Shown one piece after another: positions 1 through 16,287 of a stretch of 64,000 nt of DNA. Positions within the stretch are counted from its first letter, which is position 1. The number at the start of each line of letters is the position of its first letter. Under the pieces are notes generated by a model that had not been told where the DNA came from, searched no databases, and saw nothing but the letters and a program-made list of their open reading frames with translations. Position numbers and translations under genes: made by a program. The DNA is from Dictyostelium discoideum (Eukaryota), in assembly GCA_000004695.1 (NCBI GenBank), contig CM000153.2, positions 5,248,001 through 5,312,000 of the forward strand, in the 5' to 3' direction.

Positions 1-2239
1 TCATTATCACCCATATTATTATTATTATTTACATTTTTATCACCTGATGATTTCATAATATCTTTACTATCAGTACTATTTGATGATGACGATGATGAAG
101 TTGTTGTTGAAGTTGTTGAGGTTGTTGAACTATTATTATTATTACTGCTACTGCCACTACTACTATCATTATTATTATTTTTATTTGAAGAAATGATTTT
201 TGGTGATATATTTGATTGTTGTTGTTGTTGTTGTTGTTGTTGTTTTTGTTGTTGTTGATGATTATCTTCAGCTTTTAGTTGAGCATCAGCTAACGATCTA
301 AAATAAACTAAATCTTCAAAACTATATTCTTTTTCTAGACTATTTAATTTTGTAGTATTTAAATCTGAAAGTGTCTTTTTTCTCTTTTTCAATTTATATA
401 GATGAATGTAATCCAATCTATCTTTTCTACGCTTATCAAAGAATTGTGGTGTCCATTTTCTAATTTTATCTCTAACATCTGCCAAAATACATTTACCTGC
501 AAACTCCCAACGATCCTTTGCCGTCTTTAATACACCACCAGATTCTTTAGTTTTGAATTTTCTATATCTTTCACCTTTCTTTTGTGTTGTAAACCAATCA
601 ACTAATGCTAATATACCAGAGTATTGTTTTGATTCCAACTCTAAATTAATTTCATCAAATTCAAAATTTGCTGTATACAATGGAATATATTTATTTGGTA
701 TTATTGATTTATTTATTAATAACTATTTTTAATTAATTAATTAATAGAAAAGAATGAGAAATATTATTAGTAAATAAAAAATCAATTAAATATATTCTTT
801 TTTTTTCACTAATACTTACTTTTAATGAACCACAAACTGGATGTAGTAAATAATTATGTTGTGGTTTTATTAATTGAGTTTCTTTTGGTGGTGGTGATAT
901 TGGTGGTGTTGTAGTAGTAGTGGATGGTGATGATTTCTTTGGTATTAATTTTGTCATTAAAGATTTAAATTCAGAGATTGATTTATAATTTAAATCTGGT
1001 TTATCATTATCAGCATCCCAATAGATTGATAGATTTTGAAGTGTAATTAATTTATGTACCAATGTATGTGGTGTATGTATGAATGATGGTTTCCATTCTT
1101 CATTGGATGATTGTGCCAATAGATGTTCCAATGTTACACCAAAACAATAGGGTGTTGTCGGATTGGTTACACTATCTTCAAATCTTATATGTACATTGTA
1201 GATCATAATTTGTAAATTATCAACTATCTTATTTCTTAATTTCTCTGCAAATGATGATGAATCAATTAAACCACCTGATTGTGAATCATTTTCATTACCT
1301 TGATTATCAACTAAAGTTTTATAAACATCATCTTCATCTTCCATTTCATAATCATCTTCTTCATCATCATCATCATCATCATCATCACTTAAATCATCCT
1401 CTTCATCATGATCATCTTGTTCTTCCTCATTATCATAATCACCTTCAGTTGCTTCTTGAAATTCATCATCATCATCTACATCCATATCTGTATCATCAGA
1501 TTTATTTGCATCTTTACTTGAATTATCATCATCATCATATAGTGATGATGAAGATGATGATGATGAAGAAGGTATATTTGATTCCGAAACCAAATTACTA
1601 TTGTTGTTATTATTATTATTACTATTTACAGGTGATGCATTTTTTGCATCTTTTTTTCTTTGTCTCAATTGTTGTTTTAATTGGTTTTTAATTTGTTTTT
1701 TTTGTAATCTCTTTTCTTTAATTAAATTATTTCTAATTTCTCGTTTCTCTTTTAATTGTTGTTGTTTCTTTCTTTTCTCTTCTTTTAATGCTTCATAAAT
1801 TTTCAATTTCTTTAATTTCTTTTGAAGTAAAAGATCTTCATCTTCTTCATTCCACTATGTTTATTGAAAAATAAATAAATAAATAAAATAAAGAAAATTT
1901 ATTAATGTATGTATAATTTGAAAAAAAAAAAAAAAAAATTTTAATACTTACAACAGTTGTTGATTTTGGAGAAGCTGTAATGTATAATTGATCGATAACA
2001 ACAATTACAGGTTCAGTTTTTAAATTATTCCAAGGTATTTTAAGTGATAGTTTACCTAAGAAACCCTCTTTAATTGTAAAGGGTAAATTAAATTTCTCTA
2101 ATGCTCTACTTTTTAATTCTAAATTCTCTAATGAAACATTTCCACTCCAAATACTAATATTTAGATTATCAGTGTTTAAAGCTTTAATATACTCTTTTAA
2201 ATATCTAGTCAATAAATTTGATACTATCGATTCAAACAT
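1..2239 (-). CDS. VPS13 family lipid-transfer protein, N-terminal part (chorein-N). The gene continues beyond the window start. Exons complement(1..722, 820..1851, 1952..2239).
   Basis: The N-terminus MFESIVSNLLTRYLKEYIKALNTDNLNISIWSGNVSLENLELKSRALEKFNLPFTIKEGFLGKLSLKIPWNNL matches the chorein-N consensus of VPS13/ATG2. Downstream, EKLRNKIVDNLQIMIYNVHIRFEDSVTNPTTPYCFGVTLEHL and NFEFDEINLELESKQYSGILALVDWF align with the human VPS13A region just after chorein-N. The two introns have a GTAAGT donor and a (A/T)AG acceptor. The spliced frame is open to the window edge. Confidence 0.8.
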
Positions 2240-3112
2240 CTCTTTTATTGATAAATTTATCAACTGATATCTGTATGTTTTTTTTTTTTTTTTTTTTTTT
2301 TTAATTTTCTTTAAAAATTAATTATTATTATCATATGTTTTATTAATTTTTTTTTTTTTTTTTATATGTATATTTTATGTGTTATGTTATTAATAATTTC
2401 ATTAATTAAAATTGTGTGTGCAAACATTCGTGTTCATAAAGTGGGAAAAAAAAAAATTAATAAAAATTTAAATAAAAAAATAAAAAAAAAATTTTAATAA
2501 AAAAAAAAAAAAATAAAAAAAAAAAATAAAAGCAATTAAATTGCGGGTTTTATTAAAATTTGAAAACTAAATATTTTTTAAAATCATTTGTTTAATGTTT
2601 TGTTTTAACCTTTTTAAGAAAAAAAATAAATAAATAAAATAAAAAATAATATAAACAGTATCTCTTCAATTTTTGATAAATATTAAAAATAAAAGGAATT
2701 AAATAAAAAATGAACAAAAATAAATGATGCTATCATTTTAATATTATTATAATTATTGTTTTTACTATTATTTTATTTCCATCATTTCTTAGATGTTTAT
2801 TTTTATGAGTCCCAAAAGATATTTTTTTTGACATCTGAGAACTTTTCTAAATACTGATGATTTAATTTGAAACTAAAAAAAAATAAATAAAAAAAATAAA
2901 AAATATCTTATTTCTAGTAAAAAAAAAAAAATATCTTATATTTTTTTTTTTTTTTTTAATCCCTGGTAAACCAAAATATCTTTGGGAAATTTTTATTTTA
3001 TTTTTATTTTATTTTTTTTATTTTTTTATTTTTTTTTAAATTCGCTGTTTTTTTTTTTTTTTTTTTTTAAATTTCTTTTTCATTCCCAATCAACTTCAAA
3101 AAAAAAAAAAAA

Positions 3113-4898
<1,786 letters not shown>

Positions 4899-5841
4899 AT
4901 AAATAAATAATTAAATAATTAAATTATAAAATATATATATATTTTTTTTTTTTTTTAAATTAATCAGGAAAAAAATAAAAAAATAAACAAATAAAAAAAT
5001 AAAAAATAAAAAAAATAAAAAAAAAAAAATTTAAATAAAAAAATTAACACCACAGTAATAATTAATAATAATTTATTTGTTATTTTTTTTTTTTTTTTTT
5101 GATAAGTTAATTATTGAGGAAGGAAAAATTCAAAAACTATTAGATAATTATTATTATTATTTTTTTTTTTTTTTTTTTTTTTTGGGAAATAGAATAAAAA
5201 TAAAAATAATAATTATTAAAAAAATATTTATTAAAACTTCGTGTTGGGTTCTAGATGTTTTTAATTTTCTTTTTTTAAAAAATTCTGAAATGGGATTTTT
5301 GGTAAAAAAAAAAAATTGTTAAATGTCAATAAAACACCATTATATGAATATTGTTAATTATTATTTCAAAAGGAAGGTTTTATTTTTATTTTTTTTTTTA
5401 TTTTTTTTTTTAAAAATGGATATTTATTTTGTTGTGTATAATGATGAATGATAGTGTCATTTTCAATTCAATTTTATTGAAATTTCAAACCATTAAAATG
5501 CTAATTGGACCGAATTGGTATGAATAAAATACAAACCTTTTTTTTTTTTTATTTTAAAAAATGAAAAAAAAAATAAAATAAAAAAATAAAAAAAAACAAA
5601 TTAAACTGTTTTTTTCAAAATATCTATTCAATTTTATTTTAAAAATTTTTTTTAAAAAAAATCCCAACCTCAGCTCTGAGACTTTAAAAAATCCCAACCG
5701 ATAACAATTGTTGAGCGATGAAAAAAAAAAAAAAAATTTCAAAACCCCATCCTACATACAATAAACACCAGGAAATTTTAAATCAATTAATTTAAATTTT
5801 TTAAATTTTATTTTTATTTTTATTTTTATTTTTAATAATTT

Positions 5842-5876
<35 letters not shown>

Positions 5877-6628
5877 CTTATAAAAAAAGATCTATCCATT
5901 TATTTTTTTTTTTTTTTTTTTTTTTTTTATTTATTTTAATTTAATATAACAATTCTTTTTTTTTTTTTTAAAAAAATAATTATTTATTTATTTATATATT
6001 TATTAACCCCACCAATTTAAATTTTTTTTTTTTCATAATTGTAAGTTGTAAAAATAATAATAAAAAAAAAAATTTTATTCGTTAAAGAGTCATATGATTT
6101 TGATTATTTTTAAATTATAATAATCAAAACTAAAAAAAAAAAAAAAAAAAATATCTTAAAATTTTTTTTTTTTTTTTGATTTCTCATAGCATAACCGTGC
6201 CCCAATATTAAAATTCCAAAATGGATTTTTTTTTTTTTTTTTTTTTTGTGGGGGTTGAGTTTTGTTATTATAACAAAAGAAATTTAGATTTTTATCAAAT
6301 AATTTTTTTTTTTTATTTTTATTTTTTTTTTTTTTTACCTACCTAGATATTTTTTTCAAAAATACTTACTCTTTTTTTATTTTTATTTTTATTTTTATTT
6401 TTATTTTTATAAAAAAAAAAAAAAAAGTATTGTAAATACTTTTTTATTTTTTTTTTATTTTTTTTTCCAAAACAATTTAATAAATAGATTTATTGTGTAA
6501 ATAAATAATATATATAATATATATATATATATATAAATAAACATTTTTTTTTTTTTTCTCGATTAAAAAAAAAAAAAATAAAAAAAAAAAAAATAAACAA
6601 TAAATAAAAAAAAAAATAAAATAAAAAA

Positions 6629-9005
6629 ATGAAACATATTGGTAGAATTGTATCATTCCCAATTGGTTTAGTTTTAATCGCAGTTGGTATTATTATTTTT
6701 GTAGTTGTTAATCGTACAATTAAAGATGAATTTAAAAAAGCAGCCGTTGTAATTCCAGATAATGGTGCAGAAGAAATTGTTGATCCATGGGTTCGTTTCA
6801 TTGGAAATGAAGGAGATCCAAACAATGTTAGAACCTATACCTTTATGGCATATAATTTAACCAATCCAATTGAAACCATGCAAGGTCATTTACCAAAATA
6901 TCAAGAAGTTGGTCCATACAGTTACAATTACATCTATGAACGTATCAATGCAAACCTCTATGAAGATGATGAAAAATTAAGTTTCAAACTTTGGAAACGT
7001 TATTTCCCAATTGTTGCTGATGGTTATAGAGATCCAACCAAAGATACTATCTATCATTTCAATTTAGTATATGGTGCTGCCGTTAAACAAGCAGGTAGTG
7101 AAGTTGCACTTTCAGTAGCTTTAACAGCAGCTGCAATGGGTAAAATTATCACTGGTCTCACTGACCCAAGCTTTAAAGTTAAAGCTGGTTTCGCTGCTGC
7201 ACCAACAGTTACTGCTGGAGCTTTTTCAAATCTTTTAACTGCAGCTGGTAATGACCCAGCTACTGCATGTGGACTTTGGCAAACTAGTACTAGTTCCAGT
7301 ACTCCATTAGTTCCATTTTCTGTACCAATTATTGCTGGTAGTCCATCAGATATAAGTCAAGCTCAATGTCAAGCATTATTTGATCCATCAAATAAATTCT
7401 CTTTAACTGATCCAACAAATGTAGGTGTCTACCTTTTAAATCCAGCTGGATCCAAAGCTGCATTATTAGCTTCACCATTTGGTTTAACTAGTAAGTATAT
7501 TTATAATTAGTAATAAAATATATTTTATATATTATATATATAAATATAGTTTTATTTATTAAAATATTAATTTTTTTATTTTAAATTTAAAAACTAAAGG
7601 TGTTCAAGCTGATTTAATTATGAAATATCAATTAGCATTAACATCAACTTTTGTACCAACAACTCTTGTTTCTAGATTTGCTGAATGCTCTGATCCAAAA
7701 ACTTGTACTAATAATCCACTTTACTTTGGTCTTTTACAATGGGCTAAAAATCCAAGTCTTCTTGGGCAATCAGTTTTCGCAATTCCAAATTCAGGTGTTC
7801 CAGCAGCACCAGAGTTTGGTATTTATACAAGTAGTGAACTCAGTTTAACAAAAGCAGGATCACTTTTCCTAAATACTTCAACTATTAATCTCATTACACC
7901 AACTAGTATTGGTACAATTTTAGTTTATGGACAAAAACTTAAAGCTGATCCAACATCAATTCCACCAGCCCTCTATGCACCATTCTCAAGTGGAGAGTTT
8001 GATGCAATCGTCAAATATACTGGATATATTATGGCAGCATTTGTAGATGGAGATATTATTAAGAATCAAATTTTCAAAGATTATCAAGGTGGTCCAATCG
8101 TTAAACATACTGTTCACGATTTCCTCTTCAACTCAACCGATCCATTATTGAAATTGATGTATCCAGATACTCCAAGCGCATGGGTATCAAGTCCACTCGA
8201 CAATATTCAAGATGTTAAAGTTGCCAATGCTACTTTACACACTGATGAAATCTATACAGGTGTTGGTGATATTGATTTAGTTTCATCTCCAATCACATTC
8301 GAAGGTGAAGAAGAATTAAACTATAACAAAAAAATTAAAGTTAGTGGTTCATTCGCTGAACAATTACCACCATCATATCTCTCCAAAGATCCAGAAGCAC
8401 CAGTTAATGTCTTTACTGATGAATTTGCAAGATCACTTTCATTCAGAAAGGAAGTTGGTGGTAACTTTGGTGGTATTCCATACTATCGTTATAGAATCAA
8501 TGAATCCAATTGGGAAATTAATCCAGACTATTTCCAAACCATTCCATATCTTTTAAATCTTACAAGCATTAAAAGTGGTGCTCCAGCCTATCTTAGCAGA
8601 CCAAGATTAAAGGGTATCGATGTTGGTTATTATTATAAAGCTGGTATCACCGATTTAATCAATGATGATGAAGATCTCGACGTTTTCGCCGATTATGAAC
8701 CACGTTCTGGTAAAGCTATTCACGGTCGTTACTCACTTCAAGTAAATACCTACATTCAAGGTTCTGATGGAACTAACTCTACTCTCTACAATAAATACTC
8801 TGCTTTCCGTTCTGATGTTGTTCATCCAATGTTTTGGGGTGTCAATATCATCGCAGCCACTCAAGAACAAATTGATATCCTTACCAAAGCCTATAAAGTT
8901 GATTCCTTCCGTTATGCCATCACTGTTATTTTAATTGTTGTTGGTGGTTTCTTATCTTTAATTTCTGGTGGTCTCTTTGTACTTGATAAAATAATCGATT
9001 TGTAA
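6629..9005 (+). CDS. lmpB: CD36 / LIMP-2 (scavenger receptor class B) family lysosomal membrane glycoprotein. Exons 6629..7490 and 7600..9005, about 755 aa.
   Basis: It has an N-terminal transmembrane anchor (IVSFPIGLVLIAVGIIIFVVV) and a C-terminal transmembrane segment (ITVILIVVGGFLSLISGGLFVL). The CD36 signature YTFMAYNLTNPIETMQGHLPKYQEVGPYSYNYIYER is present. The intron has a GTAAGT donor at 7491 and an acceptor AG at 7598-7599, and the phase is consistent. The lmpB symbol is suggested by the 755-aa length and by adjacency to nagA. It could instead be another lmp paralog. Confidence 0.6.
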
Positions 9006-9105
9006 AAAAAAAAATTAATATATTAATAATAAATTCTGTAATTATATAATTTTAAAAATGGGTAATTTATTTTTTTTTTTATTTTTTTATTTTCTTTTTT
9101 TTTAA

Positions 9106-9110
<5 letters not shown>

Positions 9111-9188
<78 letters not shown>
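9111..9188. repeat. (ATT)n microsatellite
   Basis: A perfect trinucleotide run in the 3' flank of the lmp gene. Confidence 0.9.
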
Positions 9189-9190
<2 letters not shown>

Positions 9191-10335
9191 AATAATACTA
9201 ATTAATATTATTAATATTTTTAATTAATAATATTATTACTACTATTGTTTTTTATTATCATTATTTTTATTATTATTGTTTTTAATATTAATATCAATAT
9301 TAATAATTATTTATTATAACTATTACTATTATTATTTTTTTTATCATTGTTTTTATTATTATTGTTATTATTATTTTATTTTTTAATATAATATAATATT
9401 ATATTATATTATATTTTTATTATTATTTTTTTTTTTATTATCACTATTAATAATACTATCAGTTAATTTTATTATTATTATTTTTTATTATTATTATTTT
9501 TTTTTTTAATTTTTTTTTTTTAATTTTTATTATTATTAATTTAAGATTTTTAAACTTTTTTTTTTTTTTATTCATTTTACCTTTTTAAAAAGAAACATAT
9601 TTATTTTAATTATGAATCATTTTTGGCTTGTTTTTTTTTTTTTTTTTTTTTTTAAATATACATATAAATAAATAAAATAAAGGTAAATAAAATAAAAGGT
9701 AAAATAAAATAAAAGGTAAATAAAAAAAAAATTAAAAAAATTAAAAAATTAAAAAAATAAAAATAAAAGGTAAAAATAAAATAATCAAAATCAATATTAA
9801 AATAAATATTTAGTGATTTTCTATTAAAAAACAACAAATTATTTTTTTAATTGCATCAAAAAATTTCTTTTTGGATTTATGATTGCGAGAATATACATTC
9901 ACTAACAAATTATTTATCCAAAAAAAGGAATTCATTGCGACATACTAAAAAAAAGTCCTTTAAAATGACACGCTTAATTCCAAATTTATAAAAATATTTT
10001 ATGAAAAAAAAAGTGAAAAAAAAAAAAAAAGTTGATATTAAAAAATTAACCGAAAAAATAAAAAACGAATTTTTAAATAATTATTATTATTTTTTTTTTT
10101 TTTATGGATAAAACTATTGGATGTATAAGTTTTTATTAAATATTTGAGTATCGGAAAATAGGGCATTATTTTTTTTTTTTTTTTTTTTTTTTTTTTGGTT
10201 TTTTTTTTTTTTTTTCTTGGTAAATAAATTTTTTTTTTTTGGAAAATTGGTTGTTATGAGATTAAACGATATTTCAGTTCAAAAAGTTAACAACATTCAT
10301 AAAGTGCACCTTGAAAGGATTTAATAAACAATATT

Positions 10336-11384
10336 TCAGTTTAATAAATTAACAACATTCATAGATGTGCTTGGGGGACTTGAGGTAGTTTCAACTTTAC
10401 TTAATTGAATTTCTTTTTTCATCAATTTTGCATAATGAAGTCCACATGCATTACATAATGATTTACCTCCGGCTGGACCTTTTCTCCATTCTGGTGTTTG
10501 AGTCGTACCACAAGATGTACAAAATAAGGTATCAGCCTTCTTTTTAACCTTTTCAACAGGTGGTTCGGTCACATTTGGCTTCTTCTTCTTTCTAAATCTT
10601 CTTGGTCTTGTTAATGGTGGGCTATGGAAAGAGAAAAAAAAAAAAAAAAAAAAAAAGATATTAGTAAATTGGTTTGATTGAAAAAAATAAAATTAAAATA
10701 CATACAATATTCTATTTCTATCATCATCATTATATTTTCTTTCTAATTTCTCTTTTTGGGTAACATTTTCGATCATGTTAATTAAATCAGTACCTTTTTC
10801 TTTGATTTCATTTAACATTTCTTCAGTGATACCATTAGTCAAACTTGATTTGGCCATCTTTGAAATAGAACAACTGAGGTCTCTTATCTCGATCCAAGTC
10901 TCTTGTTCATTTGGCATAACACCAAAAAGAGTTGTAGAGGAATTGGTCTTTGGTGTTGAAGGGAATACAAATGCACTATTGGCACCATTAATTAGTGGTT
11001 GAGTAGTTTGAATCTGTGGTTGAGTGGTTGTTGGTGAATTTCTATTATTTTCATTATTATTATTATTATTATTGTTGTTGTTGTTGTTGTTGTTGTTGTT
11101 ATTTTGACCATTATTGTCGAAATTATTGTTAAACTGACCATTATTATTATTATAATTTTGATTACCATTATTACCATTGTTTAAATTATTTTGATTATTA
11201 AAACCATTGTTACCATCTGTAATTTGTAAAATACTTGAATTTGGACTACCAGGAGAGGAAGGGGATGATGAACCAGAGTTGTAGTATTCCTCATTGGTAT
11301 TATAGTTCAATGGTGAATTATTTGGAGATGAACGTGGTGAACTATGTTTAGAGTTATTTGTGGATGAAGATAATCCAGTGTTGC

Positions 11385-11424
<40 letters not shown>

Positions 11425-12424
11425 ATTATTATTATTGTTGTTGTTGTTTTGGTTGTTGTTGTTATTGTTGTTTTGGTTATTGTTATTGTTGTTTTGGTTA
11501 TTGTTATTGTGGTTGTTGTTTTGGTTGTAATTGTTTTGGTTATTGCTTTGATTGTGGATTTGGTTGTTTTGATTATTAAATTGATTGTTATGGTTGTTGT
11601 TATAATTCTGATTGTTGTTGTTGTTGTTGTTGTTGTTGTTTTGGTTATGATTGTAGTTATTATTCATGTTATTTGGATTATTACTATTATTATAATTATT
11701 ATTTGGGTTATAGTTGTTGCCGTAGTTGTTTGGGTTGTAGTTGTTATTTTGATTATTGTTGTAGTTGTTGTTTTGATTATTGTTGTGGTTATTGTTTTGG
11801 TTGTTGTGGTTGTTTTGGTTGTTGTGGTTGTTATTATTATTGTGGTTGTTATTATTATTATTGTGGTTGTTATTATTATTATTGTGGTTATTATTATTGT
11901 GGTTATTATTATTGTGGTTGTTGTTATGGTTGTTTTTATTTTGATTGTTACTGTGGTTGTTTTGGTTGTGGTTATTGTTTTGGTTGAATTTATTGTTGTG
12001 GTGATTTTGATTATTGTTATTGCCGCTGTTTTGATTATTATTATTTTGGTAGTTGTTATTTTGGTTGTTATTGTTTTGGTGGTTGTTGTTATTTTGTTGG
12101 TTGTGATTGTTTTGGATGTTATTTTGGTTGGTATTTTGGATGTTATTTTGGTTGTTATTTTGGTTGTTATTGTGGTTGTTATTGTGGTTGTTATTATGGT
12201 TGTTGTTTTGGTTGTTGTTTTGGTTGTTGTTATTTTGGTTGTTGTTATTATATATATTTTCTTTTGATTTTCTCTTTAATCTATTATGGCCATTTGCATT
12301 AACATTGCTATTACCACTACGAACATTATTGTTGTTATTATTATTATTGCTATTGTCTATATTGTTATTACTATTATTGCTATTATTATTATTATTATTA
12401 ATATTACTATTACTACTATTGTTG

Positions 12425-12473
<49 letters not shown>

Positions 12474-13057
12474 GATTATTATTAAAATCATTTGGTGAAT
12501 TTATATTACTACTATTATTATTATTGTTGGTAGAATTGTTATTATTATTACTATTATTACTGTTATTATTGTTATTACTATTATTATTATTAATATTATT
12601 ATTATTATTATTTGGGGTATTAGATGAACCATAAGTTGTACTAGCTATGAATATAGTATCTTCATTGAAAGAGGTATTATTTTGGCTATTTGGTGAATCT
12701 TTGGAGAAATTGTTATTTATAGAGTTAATAATGTTAAGATTTTGAGATTGAAGTTGTGATGCGGATGGAATGATTGACTTGGTATTTATGATTGGGTATG
12801 ATCCTTGATCATGGTTTGATGATGATGAAGATGAAAATGGTTGACGATATACAGAGGCGGTTGGAATTGATGAAATTGGGATTGGTGAAGCTGATGGTGA
12901 TCCCGGCAATAGATGTGGCGTTAAAATATTAATTTGTGTCATATTATTTGCTACTCTATTTGGTGAGCTTCTAAGATTTGGTGAGGTTTGATTTGGTGTT
13001 GTATTCATTGAATTTGGTTGTGACAATTGTGGTGATGGTAATTGTTGTGATGTATTA

Positions 13058-13125
<68 letters not shown>

Positions 13126-13169
13126 ATTATTATTATTATTATTATTTGAATTATTATTATTATTATTAC

Positions 13170-13221
<52 letters not shown>

Positions 13222-13281
13222 ATAGCCAGTGTTATTATCACCCATGCTATGAGAATTTTGGTTTGGAATTTTTTCAAACAT
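10336..13281 (-). CDS. GATA-type zinc-finger transcription factor with a huge Asn/Gln/His-rich low-complexity N-terminal exon. Exons complement(10336..10621, 10706..13281), about 950 aa.
   Basis: The C-terminal exon encodes [32 protein letters not shown], a canonical GATA finger (C-x2-C-x17-C-x2-C followed by a basic tail). An intron with a GTATGT donor and a CCATAG acceptor of about 84 nt joins ...DDDRNRI to [15 protein letters not shown] in frame. The large exon is almost entirely (AAT/AAC/CAA)n. Confidence 0.7.
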
Positions 13282-13685
13282 TATGAAAAATATTCACAAA
13301 TAAATTAAAAAAAGTATTGGTTTTGGTTTATTTGAAGTTTACAGGGTGGGAAAAATTTTGAAAAATGGTTTTGGGGAAAAAAAAAGGGGGGAGGTGGAAG
13401 ATGTTTCGTTTAAAAAAATAAATAAAAAAAAAATGAAATTTTTTTTAAATAATATCGAAACGATCTCCTAAGAATTAAAAAAAAAAAACAATTAAATTGT
13501 TTATGTTCTTATAAATAAATAAAATTTTAGGTTGAAAAAAAAAAAAATTTTGATGATTTCTAAAATTATTATAACTATTATTATTACTGTACTATTGATG
13601 TGATTAAATTATTATTATTATTATTATTATTATTATTTTTTTTTTATATTATATCAATTATTAAATATTATTAAATATTATTAAA

Positions 13686-13689
<4 letters not shown>

Positions 13690-13771
<82 letters not shown>
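13690..13771. repeat. (ATT)n microsatellite, with a shorter copy at about 13611-13640
   Basis: A trinucleotide run visible in the sequence, in the promoter region of the GATA gene. Confidence 0.9.
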
Positions 13772-13773
<2 letters not shown>

Positions 13774-13949
13774 GTGTATTATAAATTATTAATGTCGCAA
13801 AAAAAGAAGTATTTGGTAAAATCTGTTTGGAAAAAAAAAAAGAAGAAAAAAAGATAATATTAGTTTTTGTATATAGATTTATTTGGAACATAAAAAAAAA
13901 ATTTATTAAATAGAATATTTAAGAAAAAAAAAAAAAAATAAATTAATTA

Positions 13950-13981
<32 letters not shown>

Positions 13982-15164
13982 AAAAAAAATTGGATTGATT
14001 AATGAAAATTAATCAAAAATTGGTATAAATGGTTTGAAATCTGGTGGGTATGAATTAGATCAAACGCACCAGAATGTGAGGACTATTCTTTTGAAAACAC
14101 GAATTTTGGGTGTGAGAGAAAAAAAAAAAAAAAAAAAAAAAAAAAGAAAAAATTTGACGACATAAAATCGTGCAAACAAAATAAATATGAGTGAAAAAAG
14201 TTTTTTCTTTTTTTTTTTTAAAAAAAAAATAAAAATTGATTGGTTATCTATCCAAAATGTGGGTCATAATTTTTTAAACAGGTTGCCTACTTTTTTTTTT
14301 AAAATTTTTTTTTTTAAAATTTTATTTTATATATCGAGATATGAAAAAAGGTGAAATATAAAATCTATTGTATGTGTTGTGTGTGTATGTGTGATATATA
14401 TTTGTAGGTTGGGAAAAGAAAAATAAAATAAAAAAATAAAGTAAAAAAAACAATAAATCAGAAAACTAAGTTCTAACTGGTAAAAAAAAAAAATAAAAAA
14501 TAAAAAATAAAATAAAATAAAAAAAAAAAAACAAAATAAAAAAAAAGAAATTCTTTTCTCTACTAACTACTTTTTTTTGAAAAAAAATATTTTAAAAAAA
14601 AAATATTTTTAAATTAATTAAATTTTAAAAGTATGGATCTTGATATTGGAAAAAAAAAATTTTTTTTTCAACCAATTCAAAAATAAGCGAGCAACGACAA
14701 TTTTTTTTTTTTTTTTTTTTTTTTTTGGCAGATCTAGCAATTGAAAAATAAAAATAAAAATAAAATAAAATAAAATATTTTTCAAAATTATTATCATTAT
14801 TTGAATTACTTTTTTTTTTTTTTGGATTTCCAAAACACTATTATTATTAAAATATGAATTCTATTATTTTGTTTTTGTTATTATTTTTATCGGGATTTTT
14901 TTATTTTTTTATACAAAAAAAATATTTAAATGAATAAAAAAAATAAAAAAAAAAATTAATTATGGAGGACAATGAAGAAAAAAAAATAAAAAAATAATGA
15001 AAAGAAAAAAAAAAAATATTATAACGAGGCCATTGCAATTAGGGCGAGAGAAAAAAAAAAAAAAGAAAAAAAAAAAAAAAAATTTTAAAAAAAACTATCG
15101 ACTTTCAAAATATCAACAAACCCATGTGATGAATAGTTTTAATGGGTTCTATCGTGTTTTTTTT

Positions 15165-15196
<32 letters not shown>

Positions 15197-16231
15197 CTTT
15201 TTTTTTTTTTTCTTTTTTTTTTATTATTTTTTTTTTTTCAATAGTGTATTGTGATTTTGTAAAATAATGTGCTTTGTCAAAAAAATTAAAAGGGTTGGGC
15301 AATAAAAAAAAAATTTTTTCAACAAATATCTGGATGCAATGATCCCAATAATTAGTAAAAAAAAAAAAAAATAAAAAATTCTAACCCTGTGCTGGGTGAA
15401 TAAAAAAAAAAAAATAATTAAAAAAAGAAAAAAAAAATTTTGGTGCGTTTGCAAAAAAAAAAAAAATATCTAGCAATAAAAAAAAAAGATTTAAAATAAA
15501 AAATTGATTTATGGATATTATTATTTTTTTTTATTTTTTTTTTTTTTTTTGACCTCCTTACATCTTTTTTTTATTGAAAAAAAATAAAAATAAAAATAAA
15601 TAAAAAGATTTGGAATAAAAAAAAAAAAAAAAAAAAAAGATTTAATGGAAGATATTGTGGACCAAAACCAAACAAAACAAAAAAAAGAATTTATAAATTT
15701 ACTTACCAAATATTTCTTGAAAAATTTGTGGAACTTTTTGAAAAAAAAAAAAAAAAAAACAATATATCTAATTCTATTGTTTTTAATTTATATGGTCCCT
15801 TATTCAGAATTGTGAAAACTATTTTCTTTTGATTTAAAAAAAAAAGTCTTTGAAAAAACAAATCTGTATTGAATTGTACAATTTTAAAAAATTTGATGTT
15901 GCTAAAACTATTATTATTACTATTATTGCTCGGTTATATTATTTTCTTTTGTGTTGATTATTATTTTTATTTATTTTTATTAAAATTTTTTTTTTATTAC
16001 CAATTATTATCTGGTTATTAAGATTTTTGATTAAAAAAAAGAAAAAAAAAATTGAGTTGGGAATGAAAAAATAAAAGTTGAGATTTAAAAATTATATATA
16101 AAATATGAGGGGGGTTCTCTATTTTTTTTTTTGTGATTTTTTTTTTTTTTGAAAAGATTTGAAAAAACGAAAAAAAAAAAAAATTTATTCTTAATTAATA
16201 ATTTGAATTTAATTTTATTATTTTATTATTA

Positions 16232-16287
<56 letters not shown>

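Noticed and set aside
1251-1798. Plus-strand His-rich and Leu/Cys/Phe-rich ORFs (1251..1691, 1601..1798)
   Set aside because: Antisense of the acidic (GAT/GAA)n region of the VPS13 exon.
11449-12498. Plus-strand ORFs encoding poly-Val/Ile/Leu/Cys/Tyr proteins (11449..12267, 11673..11987, 12107..12475, 12286..12498)
   Set aside because: They are the antisense reading of the (AAT/AAC/CAA)n Asn/Gln-rich exon of the GATA gene. The compositional bias is mirrored from that exon.
14041-14073. Perfect 6-7-bp inverted repeat CTGGTGG...CCACCAG with a 20-nt loop
   Set aside because: It is too short to call a functional hairpin or terminator, and no flanking signals were seen. It is noted only as a local oddity in the desert.
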